Below are positions 45,168 to 54,647 of a stretch of 64,000 nt of DNA, piece after piece. This stretch comes from Candidatus Doudnabacteria bacterium. Its GTDB lineage: Bacteria > Patescibacteriota > Doudnabacteria > UBA920. The position numbers and the translations under genes were made by a program. The notes beneath the pieces were generated by a model. It was not told the DNA's origin, searched no databases, and saw nothing but the letters and a program-made list of their open reading frames with translations. Numbering within the stretch: position 1 is the stretch's first letter; each line of letters starts with the position of its first letter. Location: positions 16,235 through 80,234 of the forward strand of contig PLYC01000021.1 in NCBI GenBank assembly GCA_003151625.1, in the 5' to 3' direction.

Positions 45168-45525
45168 ATATTGACTGTAAATATTCGTGTCTCATTTTTC
45201 TGAACTTAGCCGTATGCTGATATCGCTTCCAAGCCGATAACTTAAATTTAAAAAAATCTTCTTCGCTACCCTTTAGCAATTTGCCGCTTTGGGCCGCTTC
45301 CATCTGGAGTAACGGCGAAGCCTCGTTTAAATCCACGAGATCAATTTTGTCTTCGGGAAATGAAAGCTCTTTGGAAAGATCTTCTCTTAATTTATCCTTA
45401 GTTTCCAAACTTAAAGGTTGTCCCGCCACCACGCCAATGTCAAAATCTGATGTAGCGTTGGCGCTCCCTTTGCTTTGAGAACCAAAAAGGATAAATAAAG
45501 ATGGGTTCGAAAATTTTGAAAACAT
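45160..45525 (-). CDS. mntA: MntA-like minimal nucleotidyltransferase antitoxin
   Basis: 'LFGSQSKGSANATSDFDIGVV' is the GSx9-11SDxD NTase motif. Confidence 0.75.
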   Translation of the reverse strand: MFSKFSNPSLFILFGSQSKGSANATSDFDIGVVAGQPLSLETKDKLREDLSKELSFPEDKIDLVDLNEASPLLQMEAAQSGKLLKGSEEDFFKFKLSAWKRYQHTAKFRKMRHEYLQSIYG

Positions 45526-45528
45526 TTT

Positions 45529-45882
45529 TTACCTCAACGGGTTTATTAAATAATTCCAAAAAAAGAATATAAAAAATAAGTTTAAAATTGTTACAAAGCT
45601 CCAATACAGAGCCACTAGAGCAACGCCAACGATGCGTTTTGTGTCTAAATATTTATATGCAATCCTGCCTAAGCCATAAATTAACGCTGCTAATAAAACC
45701 GTAAACAAACCAGATTCGCATATCATTCTACCGACAGTTACAAATACCCCGATTCGTGTCGTAGCCTGCTGAAGACCATATTGAGGTTGTCCAGAAAATA
45801 CACTATTAACTAACAAACTAATATATAGTAACCACCAGAAAATAACAGAATAAAATCCAAATTTTTGATTAAAAATTCTCAC
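45529..45882 (-). CDS. Hypothetical small membrane protein
   Basis: Three hydrophobic helices. No motif. Confidence 0.35.
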   Translation of the reverse strand: MRIFNQKFGFYSVIFWWLLYISLLVNSVFSGQPQYGLQQATTRIGVFVTVGRMICESGLFTVLLAALIYGLGRIAYKYLDTKRIVGVALVALYWSFVTILNLFFIFFFWNYLINPLR

Positions 45883-45936
45883 TGTTTATCTTATAAATTA
45901 GGAACTCACTTTTATTTAAAAATTAAAATAATTAGA

Positions 45937-46767
45937 TCAATTAGAAATTTCTTGGTAGAGTTTTGTTATCGCTTGCGCTTTCCCATCAGCTGATGTTTCT
46001 ACCAGCACACCATTGATTTGCAACATCCCGTCTTCTTCCACCTCATTTTTAAACTTCCCTTCCGGATGCAAAAACTTTTCTAAGACAGCTTCTTTTTTTA
46101 CTCCTATTACCCCGTTTAGCGCGCCGGTCATCCCTACGTCTGTAATGTGGGCGGTGCCGTTTGACAATACGCGGGCGTCCGCGGTCGGCACATGGGTATG
46201 GGTTCCTAAGACCGCCGTTACGCGGCCGTCCGTGTAATATCCGAACGCTACTTTCTCCGAGGTGGCCTCCGCGTGCAAATCCACTATTATTATATCACCT
46301 TTTTGTCCTTCCTGCGCCAAGAGCTTATCAAATGCCAAAAACGGGTTTGCAATTCCGCCATTAAACTGATTTTCCATAAACACCTGGCCGTTTAGGTTGA
46401 TAACCAGGAATTGTTGGCTATTTTTGGCAAAACGATAATACCCGTGCCCAGGTACAGGTTGTTTTTGTTTGGCCTTATCGAGCAAAAATTCGTAGTTTGC
46501 CGGTCTTATCAGCTTATCGTATTTTTCAAAACACGTTGCCGCATCTTTGTTAAAAATATGGTTACCCGATGTATAGCAGTCTATATCCAATTCATCCAAC
46601 TCCCCCAAAGTTGATGGCGTCACCCCTTTTCCATGCGCCAAGTTTTCCACATTTACAATTACAACATCAGGATTATATTTTTCTCTCCACTGGGGCAAGA
46701 CCTCACGGAGTATTTTCCGCCCGCCTTTACCTACAATGTCGCCAATGAATAAAATTTTATGCTGCAT
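45937..46767 (-). CDS. ymdB: YmdB-family (TIGR00282) metallophosphoesterase, a 2',3'-cNMP phosphodiesterase
   Basis: 'MQHKILFIGDIVGKGGR' and 'VNVENLAHGKG'. Located downstream of rny, as in Bacillus. Confidence 0.8.
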   Translation of the reverse strand: MQHKILFIGDIVGKGGRKILREVLPQWREKYNPDVVIVNVENLAHGKGVTPSTLGELDELDIDCYTSGNHIFNKDAATCFEKYDKLIRPANYEFLLDKAKQKQPVPGHGYYRFAKNSQQFLVINLNGQVFMENQFNGGIANPFLAFDKLLAQEGQKGDIIIVDLHAEATSEKVAFGYYTDGRVTAVLGTHTHVPTADARVLSNGTAHITDVGMTGALNGVIGVKKEAVLEKFLHPEGKFKNEVEEDGMLQINGVLVETSADGKAQAITKLYQEISN

Positions 46768-46859
46768 AAAATTTTAAGAATCAAGATCCAAGAACACAAG
46801 AACCAAACCCGTATTGCGGTCTTTGAATCTGGCATCTTGGTTCTTGGATTTTATTACTA

Positions 46860-48446
46860 TTATCTTGCGTACTCAATAACCCTGGTCTCCCTAATTACAT
46901 GCACTTTAATTTCACCCGGGAATTTTAATTCCTGTTCCAAGCGATTGGCAATGTCCCTGGCCAATCTTTGACAGCCAAGGTCATCGAGTTTCGATGGAGT
47001 GACAAACACGCGAATTTCGCGGCCGCCCTGAATGGCGTAGGTTTTTTCCACGCCTTCGTAAGAGTTGGCAATATTTTCCAAATCCGTTAAACGCTTAATA
47101 TAATTTTCCAAAGAATCTTTACGTGCGCCTGGGCGGGCGCCGGAGATGTTGTCGCAGGCATCCACAATTATGGCTTCCACACTCTGCGCCGCTTCGGCTT
47201 TGCCGGTCACATCGGTATCGGCATGATGGCTGGCAATAGCTTCTATTACTCTGGCATCCAAATTAAACTTTTCGGCAACTTTCTTGCCAAGCTCCACATG
47301 GCTGCCTTCCAAGTCCTGGTCCAACGCTTTGCCAATATCGTGTAACAGCGCGCCCTGTTTGGTAATTTGCACATCCGCGCCCAGTTCCTCGGCCATTAAC
47401 GCACCAATTTTGGCCATTTCAATGGAGTGACGAAGAATATTCTGGCCGTAAGAGGTTCTAAACAAAAGTCTGCCAATTAAATGTACCAACTTTGGCGGAA
47501 AACTGGTAATTCCCAAATCGTAAACCGCCTGCTGGCCAGCTTCTTTAATTTGGTCGTTAATTTCCGCTTTGCTTTTTTCGTAAGCCTCTTCTATTCTGGC
47601 CGGATGAATACGCCCGTCGGCAACCAATTTTTCCAAAGTCAGCTTGGCAATATGCCTGCGGATGGAGTTAAAGCCGGAAATGACCACGGTATCCGGGCTG
47701 TCGTCAATTAAAATTTCCACACCCATCATCTGCTCAAAGGCGCGGATGTTGCGGCCTTCTTTGCCGATAATTCTGCCTTTCATTTCTTCGCTGGGAATTT
47801 GTACCGTAGTGGTGGTAACTTCGGCGGTGACTTCGCTGGCCACGCGCTCTATGGCTTGAGCCACAATATTGCGGCCTTCCCGTTCGGCGTCTTCGTGGGT
47901 TTGAGCTAAAAGCTTTCTGTATAATTCCAGCATTTCCACTTTGACGGTTTTTTCCGCGTTATCAAGCAGTACTTTAGCCGCTTGCTCACGCGTCATACCG
48001 GCGATTTTTTCCAAATTTTCTAGCTGTTTTACTTTAAGCTCCTTAATTTCCTCCTGAATCTGCTTTATTTGTTCGGCTTTCTGCTCCAATTCAGTTTTTT
48101 GCCTGTCTAAGCTGGAAGATTTTACGTCCAGTTCTTTTTCCTTACGATCTATTCTCTCCTCAAACCTGACAATTTGGGAACGGAATTCGCTCTCCTGTTT
48201 TTTGGCCTGGTCAATAATTTCCAAAGAGCGGGTTTTGGCCTCCAGTAAAAGTTCCCTTTCCCGGACCTTGGCTTCTTCTAAAATTTTCTCGGCGCGCGCT
48301 TCGGCACTGCCAACTTTTTTGGAAACCAAGCTTTGGCGAATTAAATAACCAACGCCAAGGCCAACCAAAGCGGCAACCAAACCCACTATAAATAACATCA
48401 TAAAAATAGCCTTACATCGCAAAGTAAAGTTATTTAGGCTACGCAA
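46860..48446 (-). CDS. rny: Ribonuclease Y
   Basis: N-terminal TM and coiled-coil. KH domain 'IGKEGRNIRAFEQMMGVEILIDD'. HD domain 'LRHSIEMAKIGALMAEELGADVQITKQGALLHDIGKA'. Confidence 0.9.
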   Translation of the reverse strand: MRSLNNFTLRCKAIFMMLFIVGLVAALVGLGVGYLIRQSLVSKKVGSAEARAEKILEEAKVRERELLLEAKTRSLEIIDQAKKQESEFRSQIVRFEERIDRKEKELDVKSSSLDRQKTELEQKAEQIKQIQEEIKELKVKQLENLEKIAGMTREQAAKVLLDNAEKTVKVEMLELYRKLLAQTHEDAEREGRNIVAQAIERVASEVTAEVTTTTVQIPSEEMKGRIIGKEGRNIRAFEQMMGVEILIDDSPDTVVISGFNSIRRHIAKLTLEKLVADGRIHPARIEEAYEKSKAEINDQIKEAGQQAVYDLGITSFPPKLVHLIGRLLFRTSYGQNILRHSIEMAKIGALMAEELGADVQITKQGALLHDIGKALDQDLEGSHVELGKKVAEKFNLDARVIEAIASHHADTDVTGKAEAAQSVEAIIVDACDNISGARPGARKDSLENYIKRLTDLENIANSYEGVEKTYAIQGGREIRVFVTPSKLDDLGCQRLARDIANRLEQELKFPGEIKVHVIRETRVIEYAR

Positions 48447-48731
48447 AAATTTGCTAATTTAAAACGTAAATTAGCGGGTTATCTTTTTTGTAAGTTCACT
48501 TTTTACAAACCGTTTGTGAAAAGTGGCACCCAGTACCGGCAAACTAACGACTGGTACCGAGGTGAAAAAAATTGGCTTAGAAAAAGACCGGATTTGCATA
48601 AAGAGCCTAAACTGCAACTACTATGCGGAAAATTATCAATACTTTCAACACCCAAACATTACCATATTTTGCCAAACCTGTCAAAATCCCCCGGAAAAAA
48701 AATTGGGCGCCCAATGTGCTATTATTAAATA

Positions 48732-50039
48732 ATGATTGGTGATTTAACCTTCACTCAAAATTCCCAAAAAACCCCCGCCGGAGGCAAACTCGCCTTTTGC
48801 CGGAAATACGACATTTGGCTAATTATGCTTTTGGCTTTTTTTGTCAGAATAATTGGCTATAAATGGATGGGCTATACAAATTTTCCGGAATTTTACCGCG
48901 ACTACTATATGGTCAGTGGCATAGCCCACGGCACCCAGGCAGTCTTGCTGGGTCCGCCCTCTATGCTTCATGGATTTCATTTTGGTCCGTTTTATTATTA
49001 TTCCATGCTGCCATTTTTTTTGTTGTTTGGCGGCCACCCTTTTGGCTTAATCTTTACCGGAATTGTGTTCTCTGTTTTAACCGTCTACGTTTTTTTTAAA
49101 ATTTTGCTGCTTTGGTCTAACAACCGCGGCCTGGCATTAGCCGGCGCGCTATTTACGGCGCTGTCGGTTTACAGCCTGCATTTGGCCTCATATACCTCCA
49201 ATCCGAACTTTTTACCGCTGTTTGTGCTGTGGTACTTTTATTATTTAACAAAAATTTTAGGCGGAGCCAAAAATAAAGATTATATATTATTAGGGTTGGC
49301 TTTTGGACTTGCCACCCAACTCCATGCCACGGCCATGATTGTACTCCCGCTAGTTACCATAACCACTCTAATTATAAACAAATATCGTCCACGGATAAAA
49401 ACCGTCGCAATTTTTTTGGCCACAGTCGTCCTTACCTATCTACCATACTTATTTTATGAGTGTACCCATCGTTTCACGAATTTTAGCAGGCTGTTTATTT
49501 TAGGAACCAAGGAGTTGGGCGGCCGGCATTTAGGCGCGGGGCTTTACGCGATTTGGAATTTTTTTCAGGGAACCTTAACGCCGTTTAACTACTGGTACAG
49601 CTACAGCAACATCCAGCCAAATATTTTATACCTGGTCGTTGCCGCGGCGGCGCTTTTTGTCCTGTTTGACCTGCTGTACAAAATTTTTAAAAAGCAAAAA
49701 GGGGCGCAAACCAACGTTAAGATTTCCAAAGAAGGGCTGACCATAATTTTATCCTGGATATTTTTTACGTGCGCAGTTTTGCTTATGTTTGACCGCGGGG
49801 TACACGACCACTATATTATTATTCTCTGGCCGGTGCCCATGATAATTTTAGCCTACGCCGTTTTTTGGATGAAGGCCAGATTCAACATTTTTGCCTCCCT
49901 GATAATGTTGATTGTTGTTACCTCCCTGCTGCAAATTTATTCTTTTTACCAATTCGGCCGCACGCCCTGGTCGGCTTTTTGGCCGGAATACCAAAACCAC
50001 TACCAAAACCAGCCCGGAGTTTCGGAGATTGGTTCTTGA
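48732..50039 (+). CDS. Polytopic membrane protein, possibly a GT-C-fold (ArnT/PMT-like) glycosyltransferase
   Basis: About 12 TM segments with a large first extracytoplasmic loop. Assignment by architecture only. Confidence 0.45.
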   Translation: MIGDLTFTQNSQKTPAGGKLAFCRKYDIWLIMLLAFFVRIIGYKWMGYTNFPEFYRDYYMVSGIAHGTQAVLLGPPSMLHGFHFGPFYYYSMLPFFLLFGGHPFGLIFTGIVFSVLTVYVFFKILLLWSNNRGLALAGALFTALSVYSLHLASYTSNPNFLPLFVLWYFYYLTKILGGAKNKDYILLGLAFGLATQLHATAMIVLPLVTITTLIINKYRPRIKTVAIFLATVVLTYLPYLFYECTHRFTNFSRLFILGTKELGGRHLGAGLYAIWNFFQGTLTPFNYWYSYSNIQPNILYLVVAAAALFVLFDLLYKIFKKQKGAQTNVKISKEGLTIILSWIFFTCAVLLMFDRGVHDHYIIILWPVPMIILAYAVFWMKARFNIFASLIMLIVVTSLLQIYSFYQFGRTPWSAFWPEYQNHYQNQPGVSEIGS

Positions 50040-50069
50040 TAACATCCAGTTTTTCTATATAATAGCAAT

Positions 50070-50561
50070 ATGGCTAAACTAAAGTTCAAAAATTTAGGGA
50101 TCAAAATTAAGGGCTTCCCCAATAAACCCGACAAAAATATTCTGGAAAGCTTTCCCAACCGGCACCCTGAACAGTTATACTTGGTGTCTTTGGTGTGTTT
50201 GGAGTTTACCGCCATCTGCCCCATTACCGACCAGCCCGATTTCGGCAAATTTGAAATTGTTTACGTTCCCGGCAAAAAAATGGTTGAGTCAAAGTCTTTA
50301 AAACTTTATTTATTTTCCTTCCGCAATCACGGAGAATTCCACGAAGACGTTACGAATCGAATTTTTAAAGATTTATGGGGGCTTATGCAGCCAAAATTTA
50401 TGAGGATTTTGGGAGACTTTAACCTCCGTGGCGGGATTGCCATAAAACCATTGGTGCAAAAATTCGCCGCTGGCACAAAAAGCCCAGCCGAAAAATCAAT
50501 TTTACAAATGCTGCAAAGCTGGGATAGTTCAAAAAATAAAAACTCTTATGGACCAACTTAA
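50070..50561 (+). CDS. queF: NADPH-dependent 7-cyano-7-deazaguanine reductase (unimodular type)
   Basis: QueF motif 'EFTAICPITDQPDF' and 'ESKSLKLYLFSFRNHGEFHE'. Confidence 0.8.
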   Translation: MAKLKFKNLGIKIKGFPNKPDKNILESFPNRHPEQLYLVSLVCLEFTAICPITDQPDFGKFEIVYVPGKKMVESKSLKLYLFSFRNHGEFHEDVTNRIFKDLWGLMQPKFMRILGDFNLRGGIAIKPLVQKFAAGTKSPAEKSILQMLQSWDSSKNKNSYGPT

Positions 50562-51888
50562 TTACGGCCGCGCCTTAATGGGCGACAGTTTAGGATATCA
50601 TATTTTGTTTGCCCTGCTCGGTGTCGGCATTCCCCTGCTAATTTCCCTGTCTGAACTTATTGGGCTAATAAAAAAAGACAACCACTACTACACTATGGCT
50701 CGCCGCTGGAGCTTTGCCTTGGGAGTATTATTTGTGGTTGGGGCGGCCAGCGGCACCATAATTTCCATCCAACTTAACGCCTTGTGGCCAAGCTTTATGA
50801 CGCTGGCCGGCAAAATCATTGGTCTGCCGTTTTTTTTGGAAGGCTTTGCCTTTTTTATAGAAACAATTTTTCTGGGAATTTACTTGTACTCCTGGGACAG
50901 ATTTTCCAACAAATGGACACACTGGCTGTGTAGTTTGCCAATTGTTTTGGCTTCCGCCACTTCCGCGTTTTTTATTACCACGGCCAATGCCTGGATGAAC
51001 AACCCGGCGGGATTTAGCTACAGCAACGGAGTTGTCTCGGGCATCAACCCCATAAAAGCCATGTTTAACGCGGCCACGCCAACCGAGACTTCCCACTCCA
51101 TTTTTGCCTACTACTTAACCACGGTTTTGGCTTTTGCCGGTTTATACGCCATTTTTTTATGGCGGGAAAAACTCGATATTCAGCAAAAAATATATTACAA
51201 AAAAGTCATCGGCATGGCCATGGCTTTAGGGTTAATTTTTGCCTGCGCTACAGCTTTGACCGGAGACTTCTCCGGCAAATATCTGGCTAAATATGAACCG
51301 CTAAAACTGGCCGCGGCCGAAGGCTTGCAACAAAGCGGGAGCGATGCGGATTTGTCTGTGGGAGGAATTTTCCACCGCGATGAAAATGAACCCGGCGAAA
51401 AGCTGGACGGCGCGCTGCGGTTTCCCGGAATGCTAAGCTTTTTGGCCACCGGTAGTATTCACGGTTTTGTCCGGGGCTTAAATTCCTTTGACCCAAATAC
51501 CTGGCCGCCGTTATGGATTCACTATATGTTCGACTTCATGGTTTTTATCGGTATATTTTTAACTACGGTACCCTTAATATTTTTATTACTGCTCTGGAAA
51601 AAACGACAATGGGCGTTCAATAAATTTTTATTGCTTTTAACAATTGTCGCGGGGATTTCCGGATTTTTTGCCGTTGAATTCGGCTGGATATTAACCGAAG
51701 TCGGCCGCCAGCCTTATGCCATCCGCGGCATAATGACAACAACCCAGGCTTTTACCACCAACCCTGACGTCGCCCGATGGGGATTTATTTTTCCGTTAAT
51801 GTACTTGGCCTTATTTATAATTACTCCTTGGATATTGCTCAGATATTACAAAAAAAATAAGCTGGATTTGAAAAAAAATTATTTTTAG
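50548..51888 (+). CDS. cydA: Cytochrome bd ubiquinol oxidase subunit I
   Basis: The N-terminal 150 aa parallel E. coli CydA ('HILFALLGVGIP...GLPFFLEGFAFFIETIFLGIYLYSWDRF...ANAWMNNPAGF'). Its start overlaps the queF stop by 14 bp. Confidence 0.8.
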   Translation: MDQLNYGRALMGDSLGYHILFALLGVGIPLLISLSELIGLIKKDNHYYTMARRWSFALGVLFVVGAASGTIISIQLNALWPSFMTLAGKIIGLPFFLEGFAFFIETIFLGIYLYSWDRFSNKWTHWLCSLPIVLASATSAFFITTANAWMNNPAGFSYSNGVVSGINPIKAMFNAATPTETSHSIFAYYLTTVLAFAGLYAIFLWREKLDIQQKIYYKKVIGMAMALGLIFACATALTGDFSGKYLAKYEPLKLAAAEGLQQSGSDADLSVGGIFHRDENEPGEKLDGALRFPGMLSFLATGSIHGFVRGLNSFDPNTWPPLWIHYMFDFMVFIGIFLTTVPLIFLLLLWKKRQWAFNKFLLLLTIVAGISGFFAVEFGWILTEVGRQPYAIRGIMTTTQAFTTNPDVARWGFIFPLMYLALFIITPWILLRYYKKNKLDLKKNYF

Positions 51889-51892
51889 TATT

Positions 51893-52816
51893 ATGCAGCC
51901 GTTTGCTCTAATTTTATCTTCCATCTTTTTATACTGCTATATTATTCTTTCGTCTATAGAATTCGGGGCGTCAGTTTTTAATATTTACCCCGAACTGCTC
52001 GGCGACCACTCTAAGTTAAATGAGTATCTAAGTCCGGTCTGGGAAACCACCAATGTTTTTTTGGTATTTTTTATAGTTGGAATTTTTACTTTTTTCCCCG
52101 GCTCTGTAATTTACTACGGCACCAATTTAATGCCGCTGCTGTTTACCGCGCTGGTTTTTGCCGTACTTCGCGTTGTTTGTATGCTGCTAGTTTTTTACGG
52201 CGAAATCCAGAACCAATACATTAATCTGCTTTTTGTTATTTCCCGCTTTTTCTTTCCTTTAATCCTTTGCGGTTTTTACTTTTATTGTCTAACGGGACAG
52301 CTTGCTATAATCCCGGAAAGTTTTTTGGGCTTGGCTTTATGGTTGTTTGCCATAGCCGTAATTTTGCTTATTTCCGCGACATTTTTTCAATATTATTCTG
52401 GCGTCAATCTAAAAAAATATATTGAAAAACTGGCCATTTTATTTACTTTGGCGCTGGCTGTTTTAATTACCGCCTTAGCCAACAGCGCACCTTACTTGTT
52501 TGCCAATGGCTACCAAAATTTATTAGCAGGATTAGTCTTACTAATAAGCGCGGCGGGGTTTATTTGGATTTTTTACAAACAAAAATTTCTACATTTATTT
52601 TTGTCCGTTTGCAGTATTATTGGGACAATCTTTTTTAGCTTAATTAGCCTCCATTTGCCTTACTTAATCTATCCAAATGTAACGGTTTACAGCGCTTTCA
52701 CCGATCCGGCCGTTTTTAAAATTATGATGTGGTGCCTGCCGTTCGGGTTAATTGTTGTTGCCCCGGCATTATTTTTGCTGTATTCCCTGTTTGGTTCTAA
52801 ACAATCCCATAACTGA
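51893..52816 (+). CDS. cydB: Cytochrome bd oxidase subunit II (short form)
   Basis: Immediately downstream of cydA. A CydB-like 'SPVWETTNVFLVFFIVGIFTFFP', cf. 'W..VWLI..G...F..FP'. Eight or nine TM segments. Confidence 0.6.
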   Translation: MQPFALILSSIFLYCYIILSSIEFGASVFNIYPELLGDHSKLNEYLSPVWETTNVFLVFFIVGIFTFFPGSVIYYGTNLMPLLFTALVFAVLRVVCMLLVFYGEIQNQYINLLFVISRFFFPLILCGFYFYCLTGQLAIIPESFLGLALWLFAIAVILLISATFFQYYSGVNLKKYIEKLAILFTLALAVLITALANSAPYLFANGYQNLLAGLVLLISAAGFIWIFYKQKFLHLFLSVCSIIGTIFFSLISLHLPYLIYPNVTVYSAFTDPAVFKIMMWCLPFGLIVVAPALFLLYSLFGSKQSHN

Positions 52817-52827
52817 TTTTAAAAAAA

Positions 52828-54000
52828 ATGACAAAAAAAATTTTAGCCATAGAAACCAGTTGTGACGAAACAGCGGCGGCAGTTTTGGAATTGCGCGATA
52901 GCAAAACTTGGCCGAAAATAGCTTCGCTTTCTTCCGTGGTCAAATCCCAAATTTCCCTCCATAAATCTTTTGGCGGGGTGGTGCCGGAAGTTGCGGCGCG
53001 GGCGCACGTAAAAAATATTTTACCGGTCGTAAAAAAAGTCCTGTCAGACAGCAATTTAACAAAGACAAGTGAAATTCACGGCCGTGAATTTCACTTGTCT
53101 TTGCAAAAAATAGATTATATTGCGGTAACCGTAGGACCTGGTTTAATTCCCTCACTAATTGTGGGCGTGGAATTTGCCAAAGCGCTTTCACTGGCAACCG
53201 GCAAACCGATTATCCCTGTCAACCATATGTTGGGACACCTGTACTCGCCATTCGGAAAATTGGAAAATGAGGAAATTGAAAAATTATTTCCAATGATTTC
53301 ACTAATAGTTTCGGGTGGTCACACAATAATTGTGCTTATAAAAAATATTAAAGAATACAAAGTCCTGGGACAAACCGTGGACGATGCCGCGGGAGAAGCT
53401 TTTGATAAAGTCGCAAAACTCCTTGGCCTCCCCTATCCCGGAGGCCCCGAGGTCAGTAGGCTGGCCAAACTGTCTAAATCTTCCGCGATTGTGTTTCCGC
53501 GGCCAATGATAAACAGTAAAAATTATGATTTTTCTTTTTCCGGCCTAAAAACCGCGGTACTATATTATTTGCGCGACAACCCAAACGCGAAAAAAGAAGA
53601 CGTCTGTAAAGCTTTCCAGGAAGCCGCCGTAGACGTCCTGGCTACCAAAACCATGCGCGCCGCAAAAGAATATGGGGCAAAGTCAGTCAGCCTGTCCGGA
53701 GGCGTAGCCGCTAACGAACCCTTACGGAGCGCCTTAAATCTTTCCGCCAGAGGCGGATCCGCCTCCCTTCGAGGGTCTGAGGACCCCTCAGGGTCTCGAA
53801 CGACCGGCGGAAAATCTAAAATCTTAAACCCGTCTCGTTCGACGCGAGCCGAGGCGGATCTGAATTTTTTTGTTCCCCAAAAAAATTTATGCACTGACAA
53901 CGCCGAAATGATAGGCGTGGCCGCCTGCTTTATGCTGCACAACGGGTTTAAGCCAAAAAACTACAAGCAAATTAAGGCCGACCCGAACCTTGAACTTTAA
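52828..54000 (+). CDS. tsaD: tRNA N6-adenosine threonylcarbamoyltransferase (Kae1/Gcp family), with an in-frame ~35-aa repeat-element insertion near the C-terminus
   Basis: 'ILAIETSCDETAAAV', 'GVVPEVAARAHV', 'GPGLIPSLIVGVEFAK', 'SGGVAAN' and 'LCTDNAEMIG'. The insertion 'RGGSASLRGSEDPSGSRTTGGKSKILNPSRSTRAEAD' sits between 'ALNLSA' and 'LNFFVP'. Confidence 0.85.
   Translation: MTKKILAIETSCDETAAAVLELRDSKTWPKIASLSSVVKSQISLHKSFGGVVPEVAARAHVKNILPVVKKVLSDSNLTKTSEIHGREFHLSLQKIDYIAVTVGPGLIPSLIVGVEFAKALSLATGKPIIPVNHMLGHLYSPFGKLENEEIEKLFPMISLIVSGGHTIIVLIKNIKEYKVLGQTVDDAAGEAFDKVAKLLGLPYPGGPEVSRLAKLSKSSAIVFPRPMINSKNYDFSFSGLKTAVLYYLRDNPNAKKEDVCKAFQEAAVDVLATKTMRAAKEYGAKSVSLSGGVAANEPLRSALNLSARGGSASLRGSEDPSGSRTTGGKSKILNPSRSTRAEADLNFFVPQKNLCTDNAEMIGVAACFMLHNGFKPKNYKQIKADPNLEL
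53751..53860 (+). repeat. Palindromic element (~63-bp core plus ~40-bp partial duplication) inserted in-frame in tsaD, flanked by GAGGCGGATC direct repeats
   Basis: The core is near-identical to the nusA copy. 'gaggcggatc' occurs at 53751 and 53851. An internal near-duplicate, 'gtctcgaacgac' / 'gtctcgttcgac'. Confidence 0.7.
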
Positions 54001-54179
54001 AGCCCGATGGATTATAATAAAGTCAAGCTTATGTTCCGGCTGTCACCGGAACAGCGCGGGAAGAAATCGATGCTTGTAGTCTGCCGATTTATCGGCCATC
54101 AAAAGTAGAGCCCGCCGGGATTGCCCGTTATAGCGATCAAATTAAGTTAAATTCACGATGGTACCGCCCGCGAGGGCTT

Positions 54180-54647
54180 GTGAACACCACTTTTGTGGTG
54201 TTTTTATTTAACAACAAACTTATGGAAACCTATCAAACTCCAATATCTGTCAAAGCAATAATTTTCGAAGGCTCCAAGGTATGGTTAAGAAAAAACGAAA
54301 GAAACGAATGGGAACTGCCGGGAGGAAAACTGGAAAAACAAGAACAGCCGGAACAGACAGTTACCCGGGAAATTAAAGAGGAGCTAGATTCAGATATTGA
54401 AATAATTGAGATTATACAAGCCTATGTTTACCAAATAACAAAATCGGCAGATGAGCAATACGGAGTAATGGTTATAACATATCTGTGCAAATTATTATCT
54501 TTGGGCAAAAACTTTGAAACCCAAGGCGAAGCAGGAACTGCAGAATTCAAAAAAATTTCTATCAAAGATATTCCGGCTCTAAAGATGCCTTCGTTTTACA
54601 AAGATTCTATACAAAAAGCTTGGAACAAATTAAACAAAACATTATGA
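54180..54647 (+). CDS. NUDIX hydrolase (the start may be the internal Met at 54222)
   Basis: Nudix box 'GGKLEKQEQPEQTVTREIKEELD'. The stop overlaps the valS ATG (ATGA). Confidence 0.7.
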   Translation: MNTTFVVFLFNNKLMETYQTPISVKAIIFEGSKVWLRKNERNEWELPGGKLEKQEQPEQTVTREIKEELDSDIEIIEIIQAYVYQITKSADEQYGVMVITYLCKLLSLGKNFETQGEAGTAEFKKISIKDIPALKMPSFYKDSIQKAWNKLNKTL

